Shown: piece by piece, positions 1-13,250 of the stretch
How positions within the stretch are numbered: the stretch's first letter is position 1
Layout of the letters: each line of letters starts with the position of its first letter
NCBI GenBank assembly: GCA_035084275.1
Contig: CM068751.1
Coordinates: 5,022,001 to 5,086,000, forward strand
Source of the DNA: Hydrolagus colliei
Lineage: Eukaryota
DNA length: 64,000 nt
Reading direction: 5' to 3'
The notes under the pieces: generated by a model
The model's database searches: none
What the model saw: the letters and a program-made list of their open reading frames with translations, nothing else
Told to the model about the DNA's origin: nothing
Position numbers and translations under genes: made by a program

Positions 1-366
1 GTTCTTCCACAACTTCAGAAACAGATCAAATCCAACACTGTTTTTCTCAATCAAATTGTTAGATTGTAGCAGTTCGGTTTTGCCTGAAAAAGTTACATCT
101 TTACAAACTTGGATAATCGAATTAGCATGGAAGTAATGCTGTGTGAATTTTGAAGAGTCTCAATGGAATAGTTTTGTTTAGTCTCGCTCTTCCTAATCAT
201 TATATTATAACCAAACTGTACTTGGAGTGACTGGTTTCAACATTGGTTTAGTTTTGTGGCCTGAGGTGTTTTCTTTTCACAACTCTATGATAATTTGCAA
301 AATCACTGCCAAAGTCACGCCAATAAGTACAACTTTATACAAACATAAACTTACATTGAATTGAAG

Positions 367-572
367 AACAAGGAATTGTGTTTATATAGCGCCTTTCACA
401 TTGGGAGGATGTCTCAAGGTGCTGGATAGTGGACGGATTACACCTGAACTAATGGAGGGCAAAGTGGGGAGGAGGTGGGAAGATGACCGAACGCACAGTC
501 AAAGAGGAAGATCTTGAAATGGTGCTTGATGGAGTTGCAGAGGGTGGTGGGCAGAAAGGTTGAAGTTCCAAC
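367..572 (-). mobile_element. L2-clade LINE 3' fragment (decayed)
   Basis: tttatatagcgcctttcacattgggaggatgtctcaagg is the reverse complement of the L2 tail at 54811-54879; the downstream sequence resembles the end of ORF2. Confidence 0.75.
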
Positions 573-1194
573 CGTCGATTGTGGAGAGGCTCACACAGTA
601 TTTAATCTTTTCTTTGAGCTTTTAAAACCATCCTTTCTCCAAATACAATTACAAATTTCATGCAATAAATCAATTTTTCCTATGTGGAAAAACCTTCCCC
701 TCTTTCTCTCAGATCTCAAAAATAATTAATCAATTTAAACTATAAATCTGCTTTGGTCTATATCCCAGAGTTTATGGTTTGACGTTTATGAATCCCTTCA
801 TTCTCCTGCCTGGCAATAAACAGCAATTTGCAAATTATATGAACATTGTCAAACAAAATGAACTTGGGCAGGAAAATATAAAACCTGCAGTAAATTCGTT
901 GGTCACACTGCTGATGCCAGGACATTCTTGCTTATTCAGTCAAAAAGTAATGATAGCCATTTAAAATATACAGCAAAACTCACATACGTCTGATCTGTAA
1001 ATCAAATAATCACCTAAATCATAGGTTTGCCCAAGTCCTGTTCAACAGTTTGTATTCTATGCATGTTTGAAATAACTCATACTTTGCATAAGTCATATTA
1101 AATGAATCATGTTGTTGCACTGAGCTCCCCCAGTATTGACAAAAGTGAATTTTTGATGGAAACGAGACGTGTTCAACCTTTCAAAGCAATATAA

Positions 1195-1335
1195 ATTAGA
1201 CATAGGAACCAGGGGTAGGCCATTCACCCTTTGAGCCTGTTGTGCCATTTAATTAGATCATGGCTAATCCGTACCTCAACTAATTCTTTCAATAACAATT
1301 TCCCACTTTCTCCCATTATCCCTTAACACCCTGAT
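1195..1335 (-). mobile_element. CR1 LINE 3' end remnant
   Basis: cataggaaccaggggtaggccattcaccctttgagcctg...gatcatggct matches the antisense of typical chondrichthyan CR1 3' UTRs (recalled). Confidence 0.6.
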
Positions 1336-2450
1336 TGCAGGGTATCCCTTAATACCCAAATATTTCACAATGTTTGCTACCAAAGTTGATCAATTTTATA
1401 ACTTGCGCGGAAGGCGGGTCTGGTTTTTGCATTATTATTCATTTATTTTAGAATTCGTCTTGAACGCAGAGAAGCATTTCCATAATCTATTGCTGTCTGC
1501 TCAACTATCATCTCTGGTCATAAATATCACAGAGATTACTCAGTCCTAATATATTTGCTGCCATTTCTGGCATGTTTGGAAAACAAGGCCTTAATTTAAA
1601 GTGATTTAAGTTGTATGAGCAGTCCAAAACGAGCTGAGCAAATTAAGTTACCCGACATTTGCGGGGGTGAAGCACAGGAAGATCAATGTGTTTGCCTTGA
1701 AATTTATTTTTCACGCTGGATTCATGCCAATTGATTAGTTTTGGGGGGAATGTATGAAAGAAAACTTAGTACAGAAGATGATGCCCGGGACAGAAAGTGT
1801 TGTAGATTTTCTTTAAAATGGAGATGAGTTTCTTCATATCTGCTTATCCTTGTTGAACAGAGGGTCCATTTTAATTTCACAGTGTCTCCTATCCGTGTCT
1901 GTTTACTTGGAATCGAACAGTGGGAATTTGCTAAAAACCCGAACAGAGCTGAACACGTTCAGTTAATTCTCACCCTGGAAAATCACGGACCCTCTGAGTT
2001 CCATATGTGTACAAGTCATAGTAAAATATGTGCAATTACACCACTGAATACCAGTCTGGTGTGAAAACTTCAGATTACCTTCTGCATCGTGTGGTTACAG
2101 GAAGAACTTAACTCTTAGTTGCACAAACACCAGCTGCCCTATATTACTTTGTCAAGTGTCCATTCTTCACTTGAACTATAGACAACATGAGTTAACAGGG
2201 TATTGTACCATGGGGGACATTATAAACGCTACCCTTTTCTCGCCCAACAATGAATAGCAAAGACGAGTGGGAGCTGTGGATAATTTTCTTTCTCTCGAAC
2301 TTATGGGACACTGAGGCCACTTGCTGCACCTGAACGATTGTCCCAATAAACACCACGCATTTTTAACAAAGACCTTCTTTTCTTCATGCCTTGCTATTAT
2401 GAAGCGCAAAATATTTACTAACAGTCATGGAACTGCCAGGCACAACATTT

Positions 2451-2777
2451 GTGGAGCTCCTGTAGCTCAGTGGTTAGAGCACTCGTCTTACAAGCGTGAG
2501 ACCTGTGTTCGAATCCAGGCAGATCAGCATGAAACCTTGGGCAAGTTTCCTTACTCCACACGCCTAATAATAATTTGTACCCAAAAAAATGCAATAATAA
2601 AAATTGGTCATTTTCAATCCATGACTGTTTGTGGGACACTACTGTGCACAATTGGCTGCCGCGTTTTGCCCACAAATATACAGTCAATTCACTTTCCAGC
2701 ATATTCTTTGAAGCGCTTTGAGACGTCGATAAGATGTGAAAAGCGCTATATCAAATGCAAGGATTATTATTATTATT
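2451..2777 (+). mobile_element. Young tRNA-derived SINE with L2-type tail, full length
   Basis: Pol III A box TAGCTCAGTGG and B box GTTCGAATCC. Body contains tgtgggacac...aattggctgccgcg. Tail is agcgctttgagacgtc...gtgaaaagcgct followed by (ATT)n. Many copies occur in the window. Confidence 0.92.
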
Positions 2778-3469
2778 TTATTATAAAGATTAAAGCATTC
2801 TTGCATGACACCTGCATTAGCAACGGTATAGTTGCTGATAACACAGGTTCACTGTCTCCATGTTGTGTAATGTAACATTGTAAATCCACTTTAATGGTAA
2901 AAATGTGGGGCTTCACATTTGTGCAATGTTAAAAAAACTTCAGTCTGTCTGTACCTTGAAATGTCCGTGTTCACCCTGCATTTTGAGCCTGATCCCCCGA
3001 CAGTGTCCTTGAGACACGCGAAAGCGGAATGGAGGAGGAAATACTTGCTGAGTAATGCACAATTAGTCTGGGTAAACTATTCCTCCCTTCCTTAAATGTG
3101 AGTGTCCTTCTGATATCCAGCTCATTATTACACTACAGTATTTGGAGTTCATCTATAGTCACAGCCATGCACAAAGTGGGAGTTTGAAGCATTCTCATTA
3201 TGCTTCCAAAATCTAATCCAACTCTCCAATGAAAACAGGTCAAATTCCTTCAGAACACAGCAGCAGTAGGGTTACGATAAAGGAGGTGGCCACGGCCTGA
3301 ATAGGTACTGCAGTAATTAGGTCAACCCTTTGCCGACATCAGAAGTGAAAGTGCATTGTACATTGTTCCAGAACTTGTGACTCTCGTTTCTTCTACCTCC
3401 ATGACCATCCATCACTTTTCTAAGATAACTTTTGTCATCATTGGAACTAAATCAGACTGATAGGAGCAG

Positions 3470-3718
3470 GTAAAACAAAAACAAAAGTTACTGGGGAAAC
3501 TCAGCAGGTCAAACAGCATCCATGCAGAAAGGAAAAAGAGTCAACGTTTCGGGTCTACAACCCTTCGTCAGTCCTTTTTTTGGAGTCCTGACGAAGGGTT
3601 GTAGACCTGAAACGTTGACTCTTTTTCCTTTCTCCACAGTTGCTGCCTGACCTGCTGAGTTTCCCCAGCAACTTTTGTTTTTGTTTCAGATTCCCAGCAT
3701 CTGTAGTATTTTGTGTTT
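3470..3718 (+). mobile_element. Penelope-like element remnant (inverted terminal-repeat structure) with 12-bp TSD
   Basis: ~100-bp inverted arms at 3473-3571 and 3588-3686. Direct repeat tgataggagcag at 3458-3469 and 3719-3730. Contains CTGACGA..GAAACGT hammerhead cores. Confidence 0.8.
3582..3622 (+). ncRNA. Minimal type I hammerhead ribozyme motif
   Basis: Stem I gagtc/gactc, core CTGACGA, stem II (a)gggt-tgtag-acct, GAAA, palindromic AACGTT stem III, GUU cleavage triplet. Confidence 0.7.
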
Positions 3719-3744
3719 TGATAGGAGCAGCTATCTGGGGAAGT

Positions 3745-4076
3745 GTGGAGTTCTGTAGCGCAGTGGTTACAGCACTCACCTCGCACACAAGAAACCTGGG
3801 TTCGATTTTCCAGGCAGGTCAGGGCGAAACCTTGGGCAAGTTTCCTTACTCCACACGCCTGAAAATAATCCCTCAAAAAGAAACAATAATAAATGGGTCA
3901 TTTCAATCCACAATTGTTTGTGGGACACTGCTGTGCTCAATTGGCTGCCACTTTTTGCCCACGTATATACAGGTCAATTCACTTTACAGTATATTCTGTG
4001 AAGTGCTTTGAGATGTCTAGAAGATGTGAAAAGCGCAATATCAAATGCAAGGATTATTATTATTATTATTATTATT
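3745..4076 (+). mobile_element. Young tRNA-derived SINE, full length
   Basis: Colinear with 2451-2777; ends in a long (ATT)n tail. Confidence 0.92.
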
Positions 4077-4145
4077 AAGTAGACTGACTAGGCAGCCTGT
4101 TTCAAAGCGCATGAAAATGTATCGAAATATCTTGTCTTGATTATA

Positions 4146-4744
4146 CAGGTACCCCGCCCCAACCGCGTTTTCGTCCACCGCTAATTTCACTTATCCACGG
4201 TTGACTCGCTGCGACAACCCTTGCTAACCACGGCAATGGTTATCGCTTAACCCTTGCTTATCCACGGGTTTTAACACTATCACTAGCGTTTGGCGCGAGG
4301 ACCCAGTTGCATCAACCCAGCCACGATGTCGCTTCACGCTATCGCCTGGCGTGAGGACCCAGTTGCGATGTTGCAATCAACCAGCGAGATGTCGCTTCAC
4401 TCTTAGCATTAAGGTAAATAACATGAATTTATTGTCGCTTCTCCGCATCCCCCCCCACCACCCCCACTCCGTGTCACCCACCACACCATCTTCTCCCCCC
4501 ACCCTCCCCCTCCGTGTCAGCCACCACACCACCTTCTCCGTTGATTTCTCTCTCTCTCTGTGTCTGTGTGTAGATCAGTCAGTCAGTCAGACAGCCTCAT
4601 GGATTGCTGCAGATCCTGGCAGCCAATGCGCCCAAACTTGCTCCCTCTATCCCCATGTTTCCCTGCATTTTCCAACGACGGTTTTACCATCCCCGGAGGT
4701 TTTCAGGAACATATCTATCCCCTGCGGTTGGGGAGGGGTACCTG
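4146..4744. mobile_element. Tc1/mariner-pogo (Tigger-like) non-autonomous MITE
   Basis: 21-bp TIRs caggtaccccgccccaaccgc / gcggttggggaggggtacctg (1 mismatch) with TA on both sides; repeated subterminal ttatccacgg motifs. Confidence 0.85.
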
Positions 4745-4946
4745 TAATACAGATTTGTATCAAGTTAGAAATGGGAAAGGTGCACACAATCCAGTGAGTG
4801 TCAATATCGATGAAGGTGAAGACACCCTGTTATCCTAACTTCCTAAAAATGTTGCCGCTGTTTCCTTCCCCGGTGTGGATCCACAGACAATAAGAGGGTG
4901 ATCCAAGTTGCAATTCCTGATCCTAATCTCCACAGTTTCCAGCAAG

Positions 4947-5525
4947 AACAACAATATAATTATAATATAATACGGCGTCTTTCACATCAGGAGGACGTGC
5001 CAATGCACTGGACAGTCAATGTTTTGGACCAGAGCTGGTTTTGGTAGGACAGATTGGTAGGGGGTTATGAGGTTGCAGAGGTAGGGTGGAGCAAGGCCAA
5101 GGCCATTGGTGCAGGAGAGGACATGAGCTGCAGCGTTCTGGATGATCTGCAGCCTATGGAGGGAGAAATTGGGGAGGCTGACAAGCAGCGCGTTGGCATA
5201 GTCAGGCCTGTATGTAATGAAGGCACATATGAGAGTTTCAGCAGCCTGTGGGATGAGGTAGTGCCGGAGTCAGGCAATATTGTGGAGGTGAGGGAAGCAG
5301 AACATATCATGGCATGAATGTTGGGAAGAAAAGACAATTGAAGATCGAACAAGATACAGTACCTAGGTTCCTGGCTGGATTGGTAAGATGGAGTGTGCAT
5401 CCATGGAGGTTGGTGCTACCAGTGCCTGAGGTGCTGAAGCGCTGGCCCAAGCCAATCAGGAGAGCCTCTGTCTTGTTGACATTCAACTGTAGAAAGTTAC
5501 CTCTCACCCAGGAAGTCACTAATCC
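4947..5525 (-). mobile_element. L2 LINE 3' fragment, frameshifted with internal deletion
   Basis: Minus-strand translation SWVRGNFLQLNVNKTEALLIG...TLHLTNPARNLG matches the ORF at 53860-54837; L2 tail at 4947-5015. Confidence 0.9.
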
Positions 5526-5589
5526 ATCAGGAGAAACCTGTAGATTTTCTTTTGCATGACTTATCCATGGGTTTGGAAACCGATTGAAA

Positions 5590-5712
5590 TGCTTCCACCT
5601 CTGCGTCAACTGAGATCAGAGGCTCTGATCTTAGCACAAAACAGAAACTGAGCCTGAACTGTCTGGATGGGTACCACACCAGACAATTTTCTTACAGACT
5701 GACCCATAGGGG
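5590..5712 (-). mobile_element. Old SINE 5' head (AmnSINE2-like family, tentative)
   Basis: Reverse complement tgggtcagt...ctggtgtggtacccatccagac...tgtgctaag...ctgatctcag resembles the recalled head of an ancient SINE whose body appears at 63435-63590. Confidence 0.4.
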
Positions 5713-8700
5713 GCGTAAGTGCTATTTTTGACATGAAATTGCTGCTTGGAAGCATGCATTGTTACACTGGTGTTCAGGAAAGTGTGTCTGCTTTATTGCT
5801 GTAAGTCTGTAGTGTAAAGGATTCTGCTTCTTTCATTACATGTGTTATTACCTTATGGGGAATGAATGTCCTTGCTTATTTGTAAAGTTATTGATAAATT
5901 GTCAACCACTGTCAGCAGTCACCTTGAATGCTGCTTGAATAGAAGTACTGCAACTGAGTAAATAGTATAACTCATTGTGCATTGTGGCTCACTCGCTGTA
6001 GCATCTAAGCAATGGAATAAAAATGCGCACGGAGGGATTTTAGATGTGTGTGCTGCAATTATTTAAACAGTTGGTGTGCTGTACTGTACTCTGCTGGGAT
6101 TCAAGGATTGGCATTGGAGTTGTAAGCCACGACAGCTGACCATGGGCTCCTACATAGGTCAAAGAGGCAACAACATCGTGTCTAGAAAACACTGATGCAA
6201 TCACACAGATATCCCCACAGCCAATCAGTTCTCCTTCCCACACAATCTGCCTGTACGTATGAAGACAAATGAGCCTTGGCTGCTACCGAGATAATTGGCC
6301 CACACATCAATAGTAATATCCCTCAAAATGCACGTAATAAATGCAGTCAATCAACTGGAACATTTCTTGTTACAGTAAGTCATTGCCACTAGGTGTATGA
6401 AAGAAAGAGTGCATTTAGAGGCACACAGGACATGGAGGAAATTAACAATGGGAATAAAGCTCTCTTTTGTTCTCATTTGCCACTGCAAAAATTGAGAGTT
6501 AAAGTAGTGGGGAGTACCTGTTGGGACATCTATATCCACACTAATGGAACATCCATGTAGCCCAAGTGATTCCAGCCAAACACCTAAGCTGTCAGAATTG
6601 ATGGTGGTCATAAATTGTGTGCGCCACCAAAAATAGAACCTGAATTAAAAATATTCTGTGTATTCCGCAACTGGAAAAATTTAAATTCTTTGCTAAAATT
6701 TGTTGAAACATTGGTTACTGCAATTTAGATATACTTAAACATATTTTTTAAAATCAAATGCAGCATAGTTAGTACATTTTAATGTCTTTTTTAAAGTTGA
6801 TTGAAATTTGAAAGATAAACACGTCAGCACTTTAAGTCACATTCTGAAATTCAAACCCTTTTAGGATTATGTCTAAAAGTATCGAAACCCTTTTGCCCCT
6901 TTGCCCTCTATTTTCACCTCTCCACTGTGGCCAGTCTCTGAGGTTTTTCAACTGACGTTTGCTAATGTTTGCTAATGGCTTGTTCTTGTCCCCTCAAGAA
7001 ATACAGTCAAAAATAAGATTTTCCATTCGTACAGCAAGGCTCCTTATCCATCACAATCCACTGTGTGTGACAGTAGGGCCCATTGACCATTACGACAAGT
7101 GATTATGGATGATTGCATTAGCATGTCCCAGATGACTAGATGATTTTGTTCCTGTATAACCCTACTGGTCATCTGACTCCACTATCCATCTGTCTTTGTT
7201 GCTCTTTTGACACATCAACAGTAAATCATAAAGTGCTGTCATTCAGCTGAGCCCACTACAGGCGAGATCTCCCTTTAGAATTATTTTGTGACTCGCTGCA
7301 CCTGATAAAGTTTTCCAAGTTGAAATGTTTCAAGATGATTGTGCTAGACGTAATGTGTAATGTTGGATAGCGTCTGGGCTGTGTGAGATTCAATATCGCA
7401 CAAGTTCAAGATTTGGCGACGGAGTCGTGGAGATTTCACTTCCGACCACAACCTTTTGTTACCGTGGAATAAATAAATATTGTTGTGCATTTAAAAGCAA
7501 CCGGACAGATCCCAGATTCAATGAACTGTTGATGAACGCCTTTCCAAACATGTTTTTTTGGTTATGTTACTCTTAGTTCAGAATAACCGCAGAAAAGCAG
7601 CTGCCGGGGCAAATGTCAGGTATTCATGACAGTTATCTTGGTATCTCAGACCACTTGTATATTTATAGAATGGAAACATTTTCTTAACGTGGAGATATGA
7701 ACACAGCTACATCAGTGCAAACAATATTTTCAGCCTAATTGTTACTTACCACAAATGGGCCCATTTCATTCGAGCACCAATGATCTCACTTGGGCTGTGG
7801 CAGGGTAGTGGTTCACTTCCTCGTGATCTGGACTCCAGTGTCAGATGTGGGAAGCATTCTCTTTATTACAGTGGATGCCAGATCCAATACTTAAACAAAT
7901 ATAAATGTTGGGTGTTCCTCTCTCACCACAATTCTGGAGTGTCTATATCATCAATAGCCTTTGGTTATTTACGAACGTGGGTTAATATAGCTCCATTTTA
8001 TAGCTTCTCAGATCATGGAATATAAATGTGTGCCCCTGGATGTCTGTCTCAGGTATCCCCAATGATGTTGCAATAAGAATGAGAGAGAAAGAAGCAATTG
8101 TACAGCAAGGCCAGGAATGAGCTGTACAAAAAAATTTGTGTGTCCCCACTCCCTCCCAGCACACTCCCCCATGAAGCTGCCAATGACAGTGGTTATCCAT
8201 TCAGCCATGTTAACTCAGAGTTTATTCATGCACTATTACTTGCTCTGACACATCTTCTGTGTTCCCCACTGTGTATCTGTATGTAATACAATTTTCTGCA
8301 AATGGTTCGATAAATGTAGTAGAACGTTTGAAATGATTTTATGCCTCAGATCAATGTAATGATATTTTATTGACATCTAGCCAAAGCAATAGCAAGAAAA
8401 GTTAATGAGGGACAACGATAGAAAATGAAACTGTATAACAGTAACTTAGTTTCATTGCATTCTGATTCCAGCATATGGCCCAAAATTCTGTTCAGTGCTG
8501 TGTGCAACTATATATTGGGATGCATCCAATTGAAGGCCGGCATCACAGAAGGTGTTGAGCATCAAGCTGAATGGAATTTTTACTCCAAATAAATATTACT
8601 CGTGTGCTTTGGGACTTGGAAACCATTCATTTTATTAGTTGGAACGATTAACCTTGTATTATACCTAAATAAATATTAATTCAAATGAGTATCCAGCATA

Positions 8701-10584
8701 TTTTGTTGTCAGCTTCATTGTTATATCTAGGGTTGGAGAGGGATTAGCTTTTGTGTTGTTGAGGAACAATTATCTTAATTGAGTTGGGCAGCCGTTGTAT
8801 GTATTTGATTATTAATTGTTAATCTAATCCTGTCATTGTAGTAGCATATTTTCCTGGTGCTGGGAGTCTTTCTTGTAAGTCTTTAGATCATTGTAATTCT
8901 TAAAATAATTAAAAATACAAATTTGCCAGTCTCTCCGACTTTATACCGATGAGGTTTAATTTACTGATTCTAGATCTATATCACCTGTTTAAATTGAACT
9001 AAAAGGTAACGTAGGTCATGTTTCACATGAGGACTGAGTGTGAGAGAGTAAAGTTGAATGTAAGATTCTACTCAAGAGGAATTCTTATGAGCAGAAAATG
9101 GTAATACTGCATCATTCAGCAGAGTGATCAATAGCCCTGTGCATAATTTGAATTTAATAGTTTCAGTAATAGCTGAATTGTATTGCAGGGGGATTAGATT
9201 CTGCATCTTATGATCCAGCTGCCTTGTAATTCAACTGTATAGCTCGTGTGCAGCTTTGTGCTGGAAATTGTTGCTCAGTTTTGCAGAGAAAAGGCTGGAG
9301 TAAAAAAAAAATGATTGAATCGAATGGCTTACATAAGTGTGCTGCTGATTGCTGTGAGCAAATACGAGTCAGCCAAGCTAATTTGTAATAAATTACTGAC
9401 TTTCTACCAAAGGGATGTTCTAAGTTAATCTTTCATGGGGTGCAAATATTATGCGACTCCAGAAAGATAAATCACAAATAGTGGGCAATTCAAACAGCCA
9501 TTCCTTCGGGAGTATGTTAAATACCAATTTCAAGGTAACTGTTGAAATGGAGTGAGCTATCTAGCACAAGATGAAGATGGCGTGCTGATTGCAATCTGTT
9601 CTTATATATTTACTGTTTCCACTCTGTGCTTTTAGGCCGGGAAATAAGAAATGCGTTGCCTCACTGATGAAACGGGAAATGTTTGGGATTGGCCATTGGC
9701 AAAACATTAGTTTGTATTCGCTCAGAAAGTTTTAAGTGATTTATTTTGGTTCCAGCTGGAGAACTGACTGGCCTTTGGTGTTAGTTTGAAACTCCAGATT
9801 GTCAATTCACTCTTTCAAAAGTTAATTGAAAACAAGTCCTGGATTGTGGATCTAGTCACCGAACGGTACTTACATGGGACAGGTATTTGTACTGTTTATT
9901 GCTGTATATTGGGCTGTTTACGATTCCACTGTCTTGTTTCAACACACTGCTTCTTGATTTGTGCCATTATAACCCCAAGTAGTTTAAACTTTCTAAACTG
10001 AATTACACATATCTTTGGATTTTAATGTTGTCGAATGTCTAAACATGTGATGATGAACCAAAGACATTGACATATTGTGTATGTTGGTTTCATAATTTAG
10101 ATGGGGAAATGCAATTAAAAGTGATGCTGTCTCCTTGAAATGGAGAACATGGGAGTTGAAATGCTAACATGGGAGTTTTACACACCATTTTACTTAGTTG
10201 GGCAATTGTTATGCAGTCTTTCACCTGCAACTCTTCTTTCAAATTCCAAGTTAATCATCACTTGCTGATCTTGGATTATCTTAGGTTATTCAGCCAAACA
10301 GTAGCTTTGAGATAGCTTTGACTTGCCCTTTGGCACCCCAGTAAAAAAATACTCAAAGGCATCTGTACATGTTTCAGTTGCTTGCAGCTGGATCTTGTAA
10401 GTCCATCTGTCGTGCAAAAAAAAACGTTATTGGCAAAGCTGAACAGAATATTTAAGGATTAAAATGCAGTTTCCTGTTAAATTCACAATGGTAAAGGACA
10501 TTAAATTGATGAATAACTAGAGAATAATATACACTTGCTGCCAAAGGTTAGTCATTTATCCACAAGTAGAGAATGTTGCCCAAC

Positions 10585-10800
10585 TTGATCCTCTAGTTTC
10601 TCCTTGTAGCCGAACCGCTTTAATTCCAGGAATCAGCCCTGTTGCATTTCTCTGCGTTTTCCAATGCTGATATCTAGTGACTAGAACTGGTCTTCATACG
10701 TATGTTGCACAGCCTCTGCATAACCTCCAGAGACTTGTACTCTAGTGTTCTGGCTACACATCCCAGCATTTATTTGTTTTCAATTGCTTTGCCACATGTT
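10585..10800 (-). mobile_element. CR1 ORF2 remnant (highly decayed)
   Basis: attccaggaatcagccctgttgcatttctctgc...ccaatgc...tagaactgg resembles antisense CR1 C-terminal sequence (recalled). Confidence 0.4.
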
Positions 10801-13250
10801 CCTAACATTGAAAACACCATGGTGTGGGCATTTTAGTTCCCTATAAATCTATTATACTAATGGGATTTCTGTAGGTAGTCATTAGTCATGTTGCGATTAC
10901 AGGTCAGGTAATTTTGGAGGCCATCTCTGTTCAGTCAGTTTAGCAGAAGGACAGTGAAACCTGCATTAAAATGCGTTGTTTTAGTGGGTGTTCGGGTCAG
11001 TGCCATTTCAAATTATGCAATTTGAACAATTTTTCATGGAGATTGAAACTGGGTACACTGGTCCATCACCAGTCAGGGACTGGATTCGATTGTAAAATTG
11101 TATAACTGCTGCATTTTGTGTTTTCTTGTTTGTTGCAGTTCAACTGTTTTCTGAACCAATGTATTCTACAACACGACCTTGAGAGGCTGATCTGAAAAAT
11201 CCACAGTCATCTCTTTAAGAAAATAACGAAACTCCATCGGAGAGAGTGTTTTAAATGTACAGTATTTAGATGATTTGAAACTCAAGCAGGAGAAGCTTGC
11301 AAACGGAAGTAATCGAATTATTGTGTCTCTTTAATGAAATAATTCTTTGATGTTAGTGTTGCGTAAGAAGTTTAGAGTTTGAGTGGCCCATTTATATTGT
11401 GACTGTTAGAATTGTCCATAGTGCTCACCGTGTGAACAGTTTTGCGTATGAGAGACACCATTTCTATGTTAATCATAGTCATAGTTAAACCAGATTGAGC
11501 CACTTTTTTGAGTGCAGATGCAGTCCTGCTGATGACGAATGACTCGTGTGACGTTTCCATTTCCCACACCAGAAATCATGCATTGATGTCACCGAATCAA
11601 TCTTAATTAGTGGACAGTTTTATACTGTGGGTTTGTGCTCTCAGGAGCTGGATTAAATGTTGCAAAACTCGTGGGCCAACTCTTGCAGCTAACATTTCAT
11701 CCCCACCCCTGTCTGGGCAGAATTTAACTTCAAGTTTGCCCACTGTACCACATCATCCATTCTCTTGACAGTCATATGTAGTCGAATGCTGGACCTGAAT
11801 TATGAAGTGTGTCTCAGAAATGAATAAGAATAATTTATGTTGAAGTGAATCAATGATCAATTAGTTTTACAGAGTGAAGGGGCTCTGTTCATTTCCACAC
11901 CCTTTTATTATAGTGGTGCAGTCTGCACCTCATGTCCTTGAGCTGTATCTTATAGGAATCACAACAGTATCTGACGTGTCAGTCTGTCCTAATCTGTCTT
12001 TTTTCAGGTTCCAAAAATGACGATTTATTCTACAGATCACTGCACTTGCATTTGTCCTTCATGCCTCTGAGATTGGATTAGATTGACTGGCGTAAACCAA
12101 CCAGAATCACTCTGGGTACTGTTGTAAACCCGATGCACTGTTAGTGAAATCAACAGCAACTTGGTTCTGTTATTATCCTTGAAAGATGATGAGACAGAAA
12201 AAGTGTACATTGCCTTTTCTTTCCTTGACTGAATTCAGATGCCACTTCACATCTGAAGCTTTTGTTTTAATCCAGTGTTACAGCTACCTTATATTTTGAA
12301 ATCCTTCCGATTATTCCATTATCCCAGTCGGTGTCTATACTCGCGTCTTTTGAAAATGTTGTTGAAGAAAACAGATCAATTCAGTGTGTAATTACAGTGC
12401 CTTCCCTTCCATTAATGAAGATTGTATATTTTTTCACTGAACATTCGATAGTCTGGAAGAAATAGAGAGATGGGGGAAGAAGAGAGACAGCCTGTCTGCA
12501 ACCTGAAAAACTAATTGTTCCAATTATACCTCCAGTCACTTCCATCACCCTGCCCTCCCTCTTTCTCACTGAGAAAATATAGATGTTAAACAATATGTTA
12601 CAATTGATTATTGGCTCCATGGATGCATTGTGCGAATATCTAGACAGATCTGGTACCAGCCAACTTGCTTTCAGGCCCAACCCTTTGACCTGTAACTACT
12701 AGTTTCAGCTGAGAATAATGCCATTAAATTGTGCGGCAATAACATTAGGCTCCATCAGAATTTTATCCCAGTGTTGAACAGGGCCCAGAAATGACCACTT
12801 AATTGTCAAATATTTGAATCCTGTCCATTTTAAAGCAGGATATTGCTTTCTGCTATAACTGAGCGAGAGTGGACCTTGTTATGCTCTCCATTCACGTTAA
12901 CCATTTTAGCCTTGAATTTGTTTGACAGCTTTTAAAATATAGTATCCATTTTCCCATGTTTGGAGCAAATATAATAATTAATCAACAATAGGGAACATTG
13001 AAGAATTTGGGGATAAGCAAAATATGTTAAATCTAGCCATTCTTCTTGAACGGTGTTTTTTAATTGGTAAGAACTGATTCACAATACGTGAAGTCTTTAT
13101 TGACTTTCTGCACCAAATGAAAGCAATGAGCTCTCCGAAGTAAAGTATTGTATGTTTGGAATTTGACAGCAGATCAGGTTTTGAGGCCCGGTGTCTAGTG
13201 TGCAGAGTTGCCGAGTCTATCATCATTCTCGTTTCGCTCACAAAATGTAC

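Noticed and set aside
2451-2525. tRNA gene (and similar heads at 3745, 21992, 24928, 42937, 50972, 61250)
   Set aside because: No proper acceptor stem or poly-T terminator, and the heads run into SINE-specific sequence.
2321-2875. 184-aa ORF and similar ORFs at 3640, 3893, 24791, 61420
   Set aside because: Chance read-through of SINE sequence; shared peptides such as [11 protein letters not shown] reflect repeat copies.
9663-9685. Additional CTGATGA...GAAA hammerhead-like cores (also ~19219, ~38188)
   Set aside because: No pairing for stems I or II.
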